64,000 bases of DNA from Arenicellales bacterium (lineage in GTDB: Bacteria > Pseudomonadota > Gammaproteobacteria > Arenicellales > JAJDZL01), in the NCBI GenBank assembly GCA_963662635.2, contig CAXXFC010000004.1, positions 8,559 through 72,558 on the forward strand, read 5' to 3'. Shown piece by piece: positions 1-9,366 of the stretch. A model generated the notes under the pieces. It saw only the letters and a program-made list of their open reading frames with translations. It made no database searches and was not told the origin of the DNA. Each line of letters starts with the position of its first letter. Position 1 is the first letter of the stretch. Both the position numbers and the translations under genes were made by a program.

Positions 1-606
1 TACCGCATGTACCGCGTACGGGTTGTCAGGACGCAATCCGAGTGATTGTCTACCGATTTCTTCGGCATGAGTAAAATCCCGATTTTCTTCCAATCCGAAT
101 GCATAAAATCCCAGAACAAACTCATACCCTGGCATTGATTCGTCCCACAGATTAAAAACCCGGGCGACGACATCGCGTTGTCCTACAACGTCACCAAGTA
201 GAACATTTGTAAAATGAATAAGCGCCAGTGCAAATATGTCGTATGGATATTTTGTAAGTACATGTTCCCATGTCTGTACTGCTGCAAAAAAATCACCTTT
301 CAACCAACTTTCCGCTGCTGCCAGATGTCCCTTCTCGCGATCGTTCAGCGTGCTATTGAGTTTCCGTGCTTCATTGACTGAATTTACTAGTTCGTCATAA
401 ATTCGAGTTTCCATAGCCTGCGTCAACCAACCCGCTCGAAAAAGCCAGCCCATGGCAAAGCCCGGATGCTCTGCAAGCACCTTGTCAATTACAGCGATCG
501 GATCATGACGAAAAGACAGCGCACATTCTAGAGCGGTATTGAAACCTTCCACAGCATCAATGTCATGGTATGAGAAATATGTTTTTATGCAATCCCTGTT
601 AATCAT
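1..606 (-). CDS. TPR protein, TTC38-like family (N-terminal part; 3' end runs off the window)
   Basis: Not in the ORF track (no stop in window). Minus-strand translation from ATG at comp(604..606) stays open to base 1: MINRDCIKTYFSYHDIDAVEGFNTALECALSFRHDPIAVIDKVLAEHPGFAMGWLFRAGWLTQAMETRIYDEL... The helical-repeat composition resembles bacterial TTC38-type proteins (recall only). Confidence 0.45.
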   Translation of the reverse strand, partial: MINRDCIKTYFSYHDIDAVEGFNTALECALSFRHDPIAVIDKVLAEHPGFAMGWLFRAGWLTQAMETRIYDELVNSVNEARKLNSTLNDREKGHLAAAESWLKGDFFAAVQTWEHVLTKYPYDIFALALIHFTNVLLGDVVGQRDVVARVFNLWDESMPGYEFVLGFYAFGLEENRDFTHAEEIGRQSLGLRPDNPYAVHAV

Positions 607-717
607 AATCTCTAAACAATTTGTGCCAAAAAATCAATACAGCGTAATATTAACATATGAAAATACTCACCAAAACGAATATTTAATATTTCTTACATGA
701 GTTTTTTTCAAGTTAAT

Positions 718-1575
718 CTACTGAATGAGGATCTTTAGCAATGCGGAAAGTTGGGGCGACAAATCTGACCTGGCGTGTACAAGTGCACCTATGTGTCGAT
801 GAAAAACCGGGGTCCCAAATGGAACTGTTCTCAAACGAGGAGGGAATGGACGTGCACCATTGCATACAGGTACGATGGACACACCAAGACCGGCACTGAC
901 TAATGAAGAAATTGCGTCAAGCGCATCAATTTCCATATTAGCGGATACCTTGATTTTTCGACGGTTAAGTTCCTGCTCAATACTTCTTCCTGCCCAAGTC
1001 TTTCGGTTGAACCAGATAAATGGATTTGAAGTAAGGAGATCTACATCCGTTTCCCCTTGGGTGTGAATCGGCGCGATAACAACGAAGGGTTCTTTTGCAA
1101 TATCGTGCCAAACCAATCCTTGATGCACAATACCCGATTTTGTGCAGACAGCTATATCTAATTCGTCGCGTAGCAATTTGTCGGCCAATTCAGCAGAACC
1201 ACCGCTCCTAACGTCCAACTGCAGATGTGGATGTTCTCTTCGAAGAGAGCTGAGGACCGCTGGCATAAAACTTGAAAGACTGGTATATACCGCACCTACC
1301 GTCAGCTTCCCCCTTACCAAGTGATCGGTTGTTGTGCGTTTCGCCTCATCCAGCAATTCAATTATCGTCTGACTCTGTTTGGCCAATACCTGACCTCTAG
1401 CTGTCGGAATAGGGGGGCGACTGGACCGGTCAAACAGGCAAACTCCCAGCTCGTTTTCCAGCGATTTAATCTGCAAACTTACAGCGGACTGCGAAAGTCC
1501 GAGTTCTTCTCCGGCCGTAACGAAAGAACCAGTCTTTACGACTGTACATAAAGTTCTCAGGTGACGTATATCCAT
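718..1575 (-). CDS. LysR-family transcriptional regulator
   Basis: ORF 718..1596. N-terminal HTH MDIRHLRTLCTVVKTGSFVTAGEELGLSQSAVSLQIKSLENELG is typical of LysR. Start moved to the MDIRHL Met (cat at 1573..1575). Confidence 0.85.
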   Translation of the reverse strand: MDIRHLRTLCTVVKTGSFVTAGEELGLSQSAVSLQIKSLENELGVCLFDRSSRPPIPTARGQVLAKQSQTIIELLDEAKRTTTDHLVRGKLTVGAVYTSLSSFMPAVLSSLRREHPHLQLDVRSGGSAELADKLLRDELDIAVCTKSGIVHQGLVWHDIAKEPFVVIAPIHTQGETDVDLLTSNPFIWFNRKTWAGRSIEQELNRRKIKVSANMEIDALDAISSLVSAGLGVSIVPVCNGARPFPPRLRTVPFGTPVFHRHIGALVHARSDLSPQLSALLKILIQ

Positions 1576-1873
1576 TTCAACTATAGGGCACCACAATTTA
1601 CCCCGAATTTTGAGTTTCCCATAGTGGCGGACATTGAATTATGAAGATTCCTACACGTATGGACCGCATTATTCGAATATTCTGTTTTTCGGATACGCAA
1701 TTGCGCAATACCCAGCCTGAAATACCTCCTCATCCGAGCATCATCGTCCTCGATTTTTCTCATTCGAGCAAAATCCGCCTTATGTCCCCGATACACGAAA
1801 AATGCAAGGGACTTCCTGACATCAATCAATTTAACATGTTTGCATTTTCGCATTATCGGGAATGAAATCAGCA

Positions 1874-2536
1874 CTACTGGCCCTGAGGTGGAATAAAACC
1901 GACTGTTATGCCGCTATGGCAACCATGCGCGATTTACGTCGACCAGTATGGAGGCCGGGTATTGGTTGTGGCTATTGGATCGGACGGTTTGGAGATTTTC
2001 GCGTGCTCGGCAAGCCGAGTCGATTTGACTAAATCCATAGCACCGAATCCACCTGCCTCTTCGTCGACAACGCTATGTAGCGCCAGATGATCTTCGAACT
2101 CCATCCCAAATTTGCGAATACTATGCACCGCGGTGATACACGATGCAAGGCCGCTTTTCATGGCGACTGCCCCTCGCCTCCAAATACAGCCATGCTCTAT
2201 TAGCGCACCAAACGGTTCCCGTTGCCAAGTTGACGAATCACCGACAGGGACGGCATCAATGTGTCCACACAGAATCAGGCTTTTTTCATCGGTACCTTGC
2301 CACTCGCCTGTCACGTTGGGGCGGTCGGGAAAAACATCCCAGCTTTCAGTGGCGAAGTCGTTTTCCACCAACGCAGTACGAACCAATTTCTGTGCATCGG
2401 ATTCTCGATTCAAAGCTTCATCTGCTTGGAATTTCAGATTGACGGTAGGAATTTTAACCAAACACTGTTTCAATTCAATGACATAGTCCGACTCTATATC
2501 AATCTGCACCCAAACGCTTTCGACAATGTTCTTCAT
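1874..2536 (-). pseudogene. M20 (ArgE/DapE/ACY1-type) metallopeptidase, truncated remnant
   Basis: ORF 1934..2536 (200 aa) has the N-terminal half of an M20 peptidase (LILCGHIDAVPVGD, SVVDEEAGGFGA) but stops at TAA 1934..1936. Family members are usually ~380-420 aa. The in-frame continuation to 1874 reads IAHGCHSGITVG, possibly a relic. Only ~280 nt remain before the LysR gene, so the C-terminal half is absent. Confidence 0.6.
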
Positions 2537-2541
2537 TTTCT

Positions 2542-3180
2542 TTATCCTCGCAGTTCTTCGAGTTGTTCCTGAGTGGTCAACTGCCGACAGTACCCCTTGA
2601 TCGCGGAGAGCGAACGATCATGGCGTTCCTGACTATAGGTCGTGCAGGCATCGGTGATCAGGGTGACCAGATAGCCGAGGTCACATGCGTCGCGAACTGC
2701 GCTTTCCACGCACTGATCCGTCACGAGTCCGCTGATGACAATCTGGCGCACCCCAAGATTACGCAGAATGTAATCAATGTTGGTGGAGATAAAGACCGAC
2801 GACGAGGTTTTCGGCAACCAGATCTCGTCGTCATCAGGCTGAAGCTGGTCGATTACACGACCGTCCCACGATCCCTTGGGATTATGAAACCCAGTGATCT
2901 TGTAATCGAGGCTGCGGTCACGTCCGTCTTTTGTCAGACTCTCAATTGTCGTATACATAACCTCAATTCCAGCGTGCCGAAACGATTCTTGCAATTTCTG
3001 CATATTGGGAATGACATGATTTTCGAGCCGGTCGAAAAAATACCGATACTTTCTATCGATTTCTGACTGCGACAGGCATCTATACTCCGAGCCGTCACGA
3101 TGGGCACTGAAATTCTGCACATCGATGAATAGCAATACTGAATGGGCAGACGAAAGTGCAACTTCCCTGGTTAAATTCAT
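2542..3180 (-). CDS. isochorismatase-family cysteine hydrolase
   Basis: 212-aa ORF. The D-K-C triad contexts are visible (LLFIDVQN, WLPKTSSSVF, LVTDQCVES). ATGA start/stop overlap with the upstream gene at 3177..3180. Confidence 0.8.
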   Translation of the reverse strand: MNLTREVALSSAHSVLLFIDVQNFSAHRDGSEYRCLSQSEIDRKYRYFFDRLENHVIPNMQKLQESFRHAGIEVMYTTIESLTKDGRDRSLDYKITGFHNPKGSWDGRVIDQLQPDDDEIWLPKTSSSVFISTNIDYILRNLGVRQIVISGLVTDQCVESAVRDACDLGYLVTLITDACTTYSQERHDRSLSAIKGYCRQLTTQEQLEELRG

Positions 3181-3959
3181 TGGTTCTCCTTTTCGAGAAA
3201 TTGGTCAATTGATCGGGATAACAATAAAGCCCAAGATCGACACGATTCGTACGAATAGAGATGATCGTTTCGGATTTCGATCAGACTGTGAGCCAAACCT
3301 CGTCGCTCGCCATGATAGGGAACAAACCAATCGTTGTCATCCGTGATGACATATGGTTCGTTCATCCCTATTGTGGTTGTGGGTTCGAAATGCCTTACGG
3401 CGTCAGCCAACTTCTGAGATGTCGCGGCATCTTTTCGAAATATAAAAGCCAAATCCCAAGGTCGCTGCTCGTAGTTGAAGAACGGCGTGAAACTGTGGAT
3501 CGAAAAAACGCCGATTCGGCGATGCCGATCCAAGACTTCTGAAATTGTATCGTGAAAAGGAACGTATATCTCTTCTATACGTTGCCTGCGATCTTCAGAA
3601 GCCAAGTTATGATTGCCAGGGATATCGATGCCTGCACTTCTGTAGGGAATGGCGTCTTCGGCGCAAATCGGCCGGTTACAGTCGATTACAAGTCGGCTGT
3701 AGGGTTGCATGACAAGGGGAGCACTGAGAAATTCAGCCATCTGCATGGCAACATGCTTCGCACCAATGTCATAAGCGATATGACGGTGCATATCTGCCTT
3801 CGATATACCGAGGTTTCCAAGTTCCATAGGTATTGACTGCCCCGCATGCTCGCAGACCAAGACAACTGGACTCTTGCTGAATTCGTTAACCAACTCCAGC
3901 GGGCGGGGATCATCCTCCCATAGTAATGTTTTCTTTTGCTCTTTTCCTAAAAATAGCAT
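3177..3959 (-). CDS. N-formylglutamate amidohydrolase (FGase) family protein
   Basis: 260-aa ORF with family-typical strings VVLVCEHAGQSIP, HRHIAYDIGA, FSIHSFTP. Confidence 0.75.
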   Translation of the reverse strand: MLFLGKEQKKTLLWEDDPRPLELVNEFSKSPVVLVCEHAGQSIPMELGNLGISKADMHRHIAYDIGAKHVAMQMAEFLSAPLVMQPYSRLVIDCNRPICAEDAIPYRSAGIDIPGNHNLASEDRRQRIEEIYVPFHDTISEVLDRHRRIGVFSIHSFTPFFNYEQRPWDLAFIFRKDAATSQKLADAVRHFEPTTTIGMNEPYVITDDNDWFVPYHGERRGLAHSLIEIRNDHLYSYESCRSWALLLSRSIDQFLEKENQ

Positions 3960-4487
3960 CCTACGCGACCGACAAAACCGAAAGATCCACGCAATTTGTG
4001 TTTATTTGATATGCATCTATACTTAACTCAGGATAGGGTTCATCGGTCTGATGCCGATGGCGGCTTGCGGAAGTCGTACAAAATTCTGCTGCCTACCACC
4101 GATGGTTGAACAGGTCGACGAAAGTGTCTGCGTTATCCTGCATGTATTGGTGCGATATGCCATGAAAGGTTTCGAGCAGAAGTCTTTTCAGACTGCTGAT
4201 TACCACAGGCATTTTCGGCAGCCAGCTGTTGGTCTCATCGGCGGCGTATTTAAGAGTCCATTTGAGCTTAATGATCGCTTGCTGTTTCAAATTAAAATTT
4301 CTTTGTGAATTCAAGAATTTATGTAGGATATTATTCTATTTTCTGCATTATGTTCCGACTTAGTGCAGAGTCATACTGTCTAAACCTCCGCAAAATAAAA
4401 ACCACCCTGGCTTTGACACAAGGTTGAATTAGGCTTTTGGTTGTAATATCCTGAATATCTCAAACTGTCACATTGACAAAAAAAATA

Positions 4488-4595
4488 CACCAAAATCTGG
4501 CTGATTGACAACCAACTGCATCTGAACAACTGGACTTGTCAAGGCTAATCCTATAGCCACTAATTCGTCGTCCCTGACTTCGCCAGATTTTGGTG
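4488..4595. repeat. 108-bp element bounded by a perfect 14-bp inverted repeat, with a nested 7-bp inverted repeat
   Basis: caccaaaatctggc (4488..4501) is the exact reverse complement of gccagattttggtg (4582..4595). Inside it, ttgacaa and ttgtcaa form a second inverted pair. It lies in the 854-nt divergent intergenic region 3960..4813. Confidence 0.7.
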
Positions 4596-4813
4596 CTTTC
4601 GGAAAATACCATGTTAAATAATATATCATAATTGATACAATAGTATAAATTGATTAGATTATTTCATAATTTAAACTGATAGTAAAACGAAACTCGTCGA
4701 AAATTCACATGCAGAAATTAGCCATTCAGACCTGCAATTCTTTTAATTTTGACTGAAGCGTTTGGCCCGTTAAATGCTACCAAGTTAGTTCAAATCTGAA
4801 TATCTGCTTCGAG

Positions 4814-5647
4814 ATGTCTTTGAGTCTACAGATTAAAGAGAAGTCGAAAGACTTTACGAAATCAGAACGAAAAATCGCGACTGTACTCTTGTCCGACTAT
4901 CCGTTCGCGGGACTTGAAACAATCCATGCGCTGGCGGAAAGAGCGCATGTTTCAGCACCGACAATTACTCGATTTGTGCAGAAATTCAACTGTAACGGCT
5001 ATCAGGAATTTCAACGGGTGCTGATATCTGAACTGAAGGAAGGGCAGCAGTCTCCGATCGATCTTCACCGCCGTTTGATGCCGATTGATGACGGATTTCT
5101 GCAGACATTTGTGAAACGGACATCGGAAGTCTATACGCGAGTTGGTGAGGTTATCACCGATGATCAGTTCAAACGCATTAGCCGCATGCTGGCAGATAAG
5201 AAACGAAAAAACTTCCATATAGGAGGACGAATTTCTGATGCAATTTCGCAATACCTGTCCCGTCATCTGAGACAAATCAGGAATCACGTCTGTCATCTAC
5301 CCTCCGACTCCGAAGTTTGGCCCGAATATTTGTTGCGTATTCGCAGCCGTGATATTGTCGTGATGATAGATTTTCGGCGTTACGAGCCTCGACTTTTGGC
5401 CTTCGCCGAACGAGCCGAGGGAGAGCGTGGCGCACAGATTATTTTAATCACCGATAAGTGGCTTTCGCCTATCGCCCGCCATGCAAAAGAGATCATCGCG
5501 TTACCTATTCAATCCGGTACAGCCTGGGACACGTATTGCGGAGCTCTTGGTTTGATTGAAGCATTGATCACTTATATCGGCGAGCAAGATTGGGAAGCGA
5601 CACAACAACGCATCAGCAATTGGGACAAATTGCGCTTGAAAAACTAA
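4814..5647 (+). CDS. MurR/RpiR-family transcriptional regulator (HTH + SIS domain)
   Basis: 277-aa ORF. N-terminal HTH_6-like SERKIATVLLSDYPFAGLETIHALAERAHVSAPTITRFVQKFNCNGYQEF, with a SIS-like C-terminal half. Confidence 0.85.
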   Translation: MSLSLQIKEKSKDFTKSERKIATVLLSDYPFAGLETIHALAERAHVSAPTITRFVQKFNCNGYQEFQRVLISELKEGQQSPIDLHRRLMPIDDGFLQTFVKRTSEVYTRVGEVITDDQFKRISRMLADKKRKNFHIGGRISDAISQYLSRHLRQIRNHVCHLPSDSEVWPEYLLRIRSRDIVVMIDFRRYEPRLLAFAERAEGERGAQIILITDKWLSPIARHAKEIIALPIQSGTAWDTYCGALGLIEALITYIGEQDWEATQQRISNWDKLRLKN

Positions 5648-5650
5648 GCA

Positions 5651-6964
5651 ATGAAACGCGAACCTTTGATCATTGCTGCTACGAGTGACATCGCGGGCAA
5701 ATTTCGTGGGAAGGCATTTCCGTTAAGTCAGTTCGAGAAGCGGTTAAAGCGCGGCATCGGTTGGACGCCGACTAATGTTCAAATTACCTGCTTTGATTCT
5801 ATTTCTGATAGTCCCTATGGCGCGTTGGGCGATTTGGTTTTGATTCCAGACCCTGAAACTCGGGTTGATATTGAGTTTGACGACGGGTTACCGAAAGAGC
5901 GTTTTGTTTTAGGAGATATTCATGAAACTGATGGAACACCTTGGGAATGCTGTACTCGCTCAATTTTGAAATCCGCGCTGGATCGTCTTCAAGATGTTGC
6001 CGGTTTGCGTATATTCGGTGCTTTCGAGCACGAGTTCCATTTCGTCACCGGAAAATGTCCGCTTGGCAGTGCTTACACAACAGCTGGATTTCGTGCTGAA
6101 CGTCAGTTCGGAGAGGTGCTTGTTTCTGCAATAGAGCAAGCCAAGCTCGCACCAGACACCTTTATGAAAGAATATGGTATCAATCAGTACGAAGTCACTG
6201 TCGGGCCAGTATTGGGTGTTAGGATCGCTGATCACGCAGCGATTCTTCGAGAACTCGTTCACATCGTCGCGGAACGCTTGCAACTGAATGCGAGTTTCAC
6301 ACCATTACGACATCCTGACAGTGTAGGCAATGGTGTTCATATTCACCTGAGTATCCGCAACGAGGAAAGCATACCAGTGACATATGATTCAACCAGCCCT
6401 CACGGACTCAGTCCGATTGCTGGACAGTTCGTCGCTGGTGTATTGAAATACCTTGATCGAATTGTCGCTCTAACTGCACCGAGTGTTGTTTCCTACAAGA
6501 GACTGATACCACATCGCTGGAGTGCGTCATTTAACAATTTAGGATATCGCGATCGCGAAGCTTCGGTTCGCATTTGCCCGGTATCCGATCTAAGTGATGT
6601 CGAAATGTCTGAGCAGTTCAATTTTGAATTTCGTGCCGCCGATGCTGCTGCTAGCCCTTATCTGGCACTTGCAGCAATAGTTCATTCCGGTGTGCAGGGA
6701 ATTCAAGAGGGTCTCGATTACCCAGAGGTCACCGAAGAAGATTTGTCTTTGTTATCGCCGAACGACCTTGCAGGTCGTGGATTAACCCGTCTGCCACAAT
6801 CGCTTGAAACGGCGCTTGCGAACTTCGAAAAAGACAGGATTGTAACCGATTGGTTTCCGCGGGACTTTGTTGAAATCTATGTCAAGCACAAACAGGGCGA
6901 AATAGCCTACCTGGCAGATAGCACCGAGGCTGAAATCTGCGACGCTTACGAAGCAGTCTATTGA
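5651..6964 (+). CDS. glutamine synthetase-family ligase (gamma-glutamyl-type, substrate unknown)
   Basis: 437-aa ORF. GS catalytic-domain strings are present (FGAFEHEFHF, KEYGINQYEVTVGP, GNGVHIHLS, SYKRLIPHRWSA, REASVRI). It starts 4 nt after the rpiR stop. Confidence 0.75.
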   Translation: MKREPLIIAATSDIAGKFRGKAFPLSQFEKRLKRGIGWTPTNVQITCFDSISDSPYGALGDLVLIPDPETRVDIEFDDGLPKERFVLGDIHETDGTPWECCTRSILKSALDRLQDVAGLRIFGAFEHEFHFVTGKCPLGSAYTTAGFRAERQFGEVLVSAIEQAKLAPDTFMKEYGINQYEVTVGPVLGVRIADHAAILRELVHIVAERLQLNASFTPLRHPDSVGNGVHIHLSIRNEESIPVTYDSTSPHGLSPIAGQFVAGVLKYLDRIVALTAPSVVSYKRLIPHRWSASFNNLGYRDREASVRICPVSDLSDVEMSEQFNFEFRAADAAASPYLALAAIVHSGVQGIQEGLDYPEVTEEDLSLLSPNDLAGRGLTRLPQSLETALANFEKDRIVTDWFPRDFVEIYVKHKQGEIAYLADSTEAEICDAYEAVY

Positions 6965-6983
6965 TTCACGCGGAGAATTTCGA

Positions 6984-8037
6984 ATGGCTAAAGCTCTTCA
7001 GTTGAAAACTGCTCCTTCTGACCTTGCAATGGTTCCGTTCGTCAGTGTTGAAAATATGATGCAAATTGTCAATTCTATCGGTATGGAAGCAACCTTGTAT
7101 GAACTCGTTTCGTATATTGAGGAAGATTTTTGCCGTTGGGAGCAATTTGACAAGGCACCTCGTATAGCCAGTTATTCCGAAGATGGAGTCATCGAGTTGA
7201 TGCCGACATGCGATGGCTCGATATACGGTTTCAAGTATGTCAATGGACATCCCAACAACGCGGGCAAGGGTTATCAAACTGTTACCGCGTTTGGATTGCT
7301 TGCGGATTTGTCGAGTGGCTATCCCGTTTTGTTATCTGAAATGACTATATTGACAGCTTTGCGCACAGTTGCAACATCGGCGATGGCAGCCAAATACTTA
7401 GCACCGACAGGTTCAAATACTATGGCGATCATCGGTAACGGCGCACAATGTGAATTTCAGGCGATGGCATTTAAAGCGATACTAGGGGTCGATACGGTTA
7501 GGCTCTATGATGTGGATGTTGCTGTCACCGCCAAAGCAATTCGCAATCTTGCCGGCCGGGATGTTCGAGTCATTTCTTGCAATTCTGCACAGGAAGCAGT
7601 TGCCGGAGCGCAAATCATCACTACATGTTGCGCTGGCAGGCAAAATGACTGTCGATATGGTCGACAAAGGCGTTCATATAAACGCAATCGGAGGCGATTG
7701 TCCCTGTAAAACCGAGTTACATCGCGACATCCTGTTGAGATCTGACATATTTGTCGAATTCACTCCACAAACCAGGATTGAAGGGGAAATCCAGCAATTG
7801 GACAAAGATCATGTTGTAACCGAAATCTGGCAGGTGATTGACGGCAGCGTTGCAGGTCGAATTTCCGACAAGCAAATCACGCTGTTTGACAGTGTCGGAT
7901 TTGCAATCGAAGATTTTTCTGTATTGCGCTTCATCCGCAGCCAACTCCTGCAAACAGGTCAATATGCAAACTTGGACATGCTTGCAGATCCCGACGACCC
8001 ACGTGACCTGTTCGGCATGATTATGCGTTCCGCATAG
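6984..8037 (+). pseudogene. ocd: ornithine cyclodeaminase, interrupted by a single-base frameshift (or sequencing error)
   Basis: ORF 6984..7709 matches OCD up to ...AVAGAQIITTCCAGRQ. ORF 7507..8037 (+1 frame) continues MTVDMVDKGVHINAIGGDCPCKTELH...TRIEGEIQQL...FDSVGFAIEDF. The frames join if one A of the A4 run 7642..7645 is removed. Confidence 0.85.
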
Positions 8038-8611
8038 GAAAAATATCTTCGGGAATCTCACCGGGTGTATGCGAGGTGGGGTATAAGTATTCAGACGAAA
8101 TGGCTTTGAAGGATTCATGAGTCCAGTAGCACCTGCCCGAGTATTCCGTCAACCTCTTCAAATAGAATAAACCAGTGTTCATTTCGATTCACTCGGGGCA
8201 GTGCTCGTCTATTTTTATCTTCAGTATTCTCCGAAACTTTGGGCGGGTAGCCGCATATTAGCGATGGGACAACTTAGACTTGAATGTTCACTGGCGAAAT
8301 ATAGGTTCAATTGAGTTGTCATTATCATCCGAGGGGGATTGTCGGCTGCTCCACTACAATCCTTTGATGTTTGATGCCATATACTATTGTCTCGTTACAG
8401 AAAATATACCAAGAAGAATCGTCCGGTGCAGTATTTCACCACGAAATATAATTAAAAAATCCACCTTGAGAATTGAATAAAAACTTGACTTGATTTTATG
8501 AATTTCAGAGTAAAATACGCCGAATTCTTTTCATCTATTGAGATTAGAATTCAGTTGTTTTATTCGGACTAGTTTTGTCCACAATCTCCACTCGCAATTG
8601 GTCCGCAAGTT

Positions 8612-9304
8612 ATGGAAAACATAGATGATATTGATCTTTCAGCACTGTCTGATGATGAACTGGTTGAGCAGATGCACGATGACCTGTATGACGGGTTGAA
8701 AGAGGAAATCGAAGAGGGAACTCAGATCTTATTGAGCAGGGGATGGGAGCCATATGCAGTGCTTCAGGATGCCCTTGTTGAAGGGATGCGAATTGTTGGC
8801 ATTGACTTCCGCGACGGAATACTTTTCGTGCCGGAAGTTCTTATGTCAGCGAACGCCATGAAAGGCGGGATGGCAATTCTGCGTCCACTTCTGGCAGAAA
8901 CCGGTGCGCCTACCATTGGAAAGATGGTTATCGGGACCGTCAAGGGCGACATACACGACATCGGTAAGAATCTCGTGGCGATGATGCTCGAAGGTGCAGG
9001 ATTCGAAGTAATCAATCTAGGGATAAATAATCCCGTGGAAAATTATCTTTCCGCTCTTGAGGAACATAAGCCGGAACTTCTCGGGATGTCGGCATTGCTG
9101 ACTACGACAATGCCATATATGAAAGTTGTCATTGACACTTTAGTCGAGCAAGGTATCCGGGATGACTATATAGTAGTCGTTGGCGGTGCTCCTTTGAATG
9201 AAGAATTCGGAAATGCTATCGGGGCGAATGCATACTGTCGTGATGCAGCAGTTGCTGTTGAAACCTGCAAGGAATTGGTGGCTGAGCTGCGGGCAGCGAG
9301 TTAA
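8612..9304 (+). CDS. cobalamin-binding corrinoid protein (MtbC/MtgC-like; B12 cap + B12-binding domain)
   Basis: 230-aa ORF with the DxHxxG motif (KGDIHDIGKNLV) and SALLTTT...GGAP. There is an acidic N-terminal extension (MENIDDIDLSALSDDELVEQMHDD). Confidence 0.85.
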   Translation: MENIDDIDLSALSDDELVEQMHDDLYDGLKEEIEEGTQILLSRGWEPYAVLQDALVEGMRIVGIDFRDGILFVPEVLMSANAMKGGMAILRPLLAETGAPTIGKMVIGTVKGDIHDIGKNLVAMMLEGAGFEVINLGINNPVENYLSALEEHKPELLGMSALLTTTMPYMKVVIDTLVEQGIRDDYIVVVGGAPLNEEFGNAIGANAYCRDAAVAVETCKELVAELRAAS

Positions 9305-9366
9305 CCACGATATCTTTTCTACTCTTCCTCATTCCCTCCATTCAACCAACCTTAATGAACTGATTT

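Noticed and set aside
4051-4314. ORFs 4051..4308 (+) and 4093..4314 (-) in the divergent control region.
   Set aside because: They overlap each other on opposite strands. The minus one starts with TTG and has no RBS, and I recognise no family for either. They could be a gene relic, but there is no support for a call.
5651-6964. The GS-like gene as gmaS (gamma-glutamylmethylamide synthetase) of the N-methylglutamate pathway, with soxBDAG as mgdABCD.
   Set aside because: No mgsABC-type (glutamate-synthase-like) genes are in the window. The GS-like gene is 36 kb from the sox genes and sits in an rpiR-ocd operon. The idea cannot be supported from this sequence alone.
8038-8611. Cobalamin riboswitch in the leader of the corrinoid operon.
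   Set aside because: I looked for the B12-box core (…GCCACTG…) and the usual GGGAA/GGTG context and did not find them by eye. The region is kept only as something to scan with Infernal, not as a feature.
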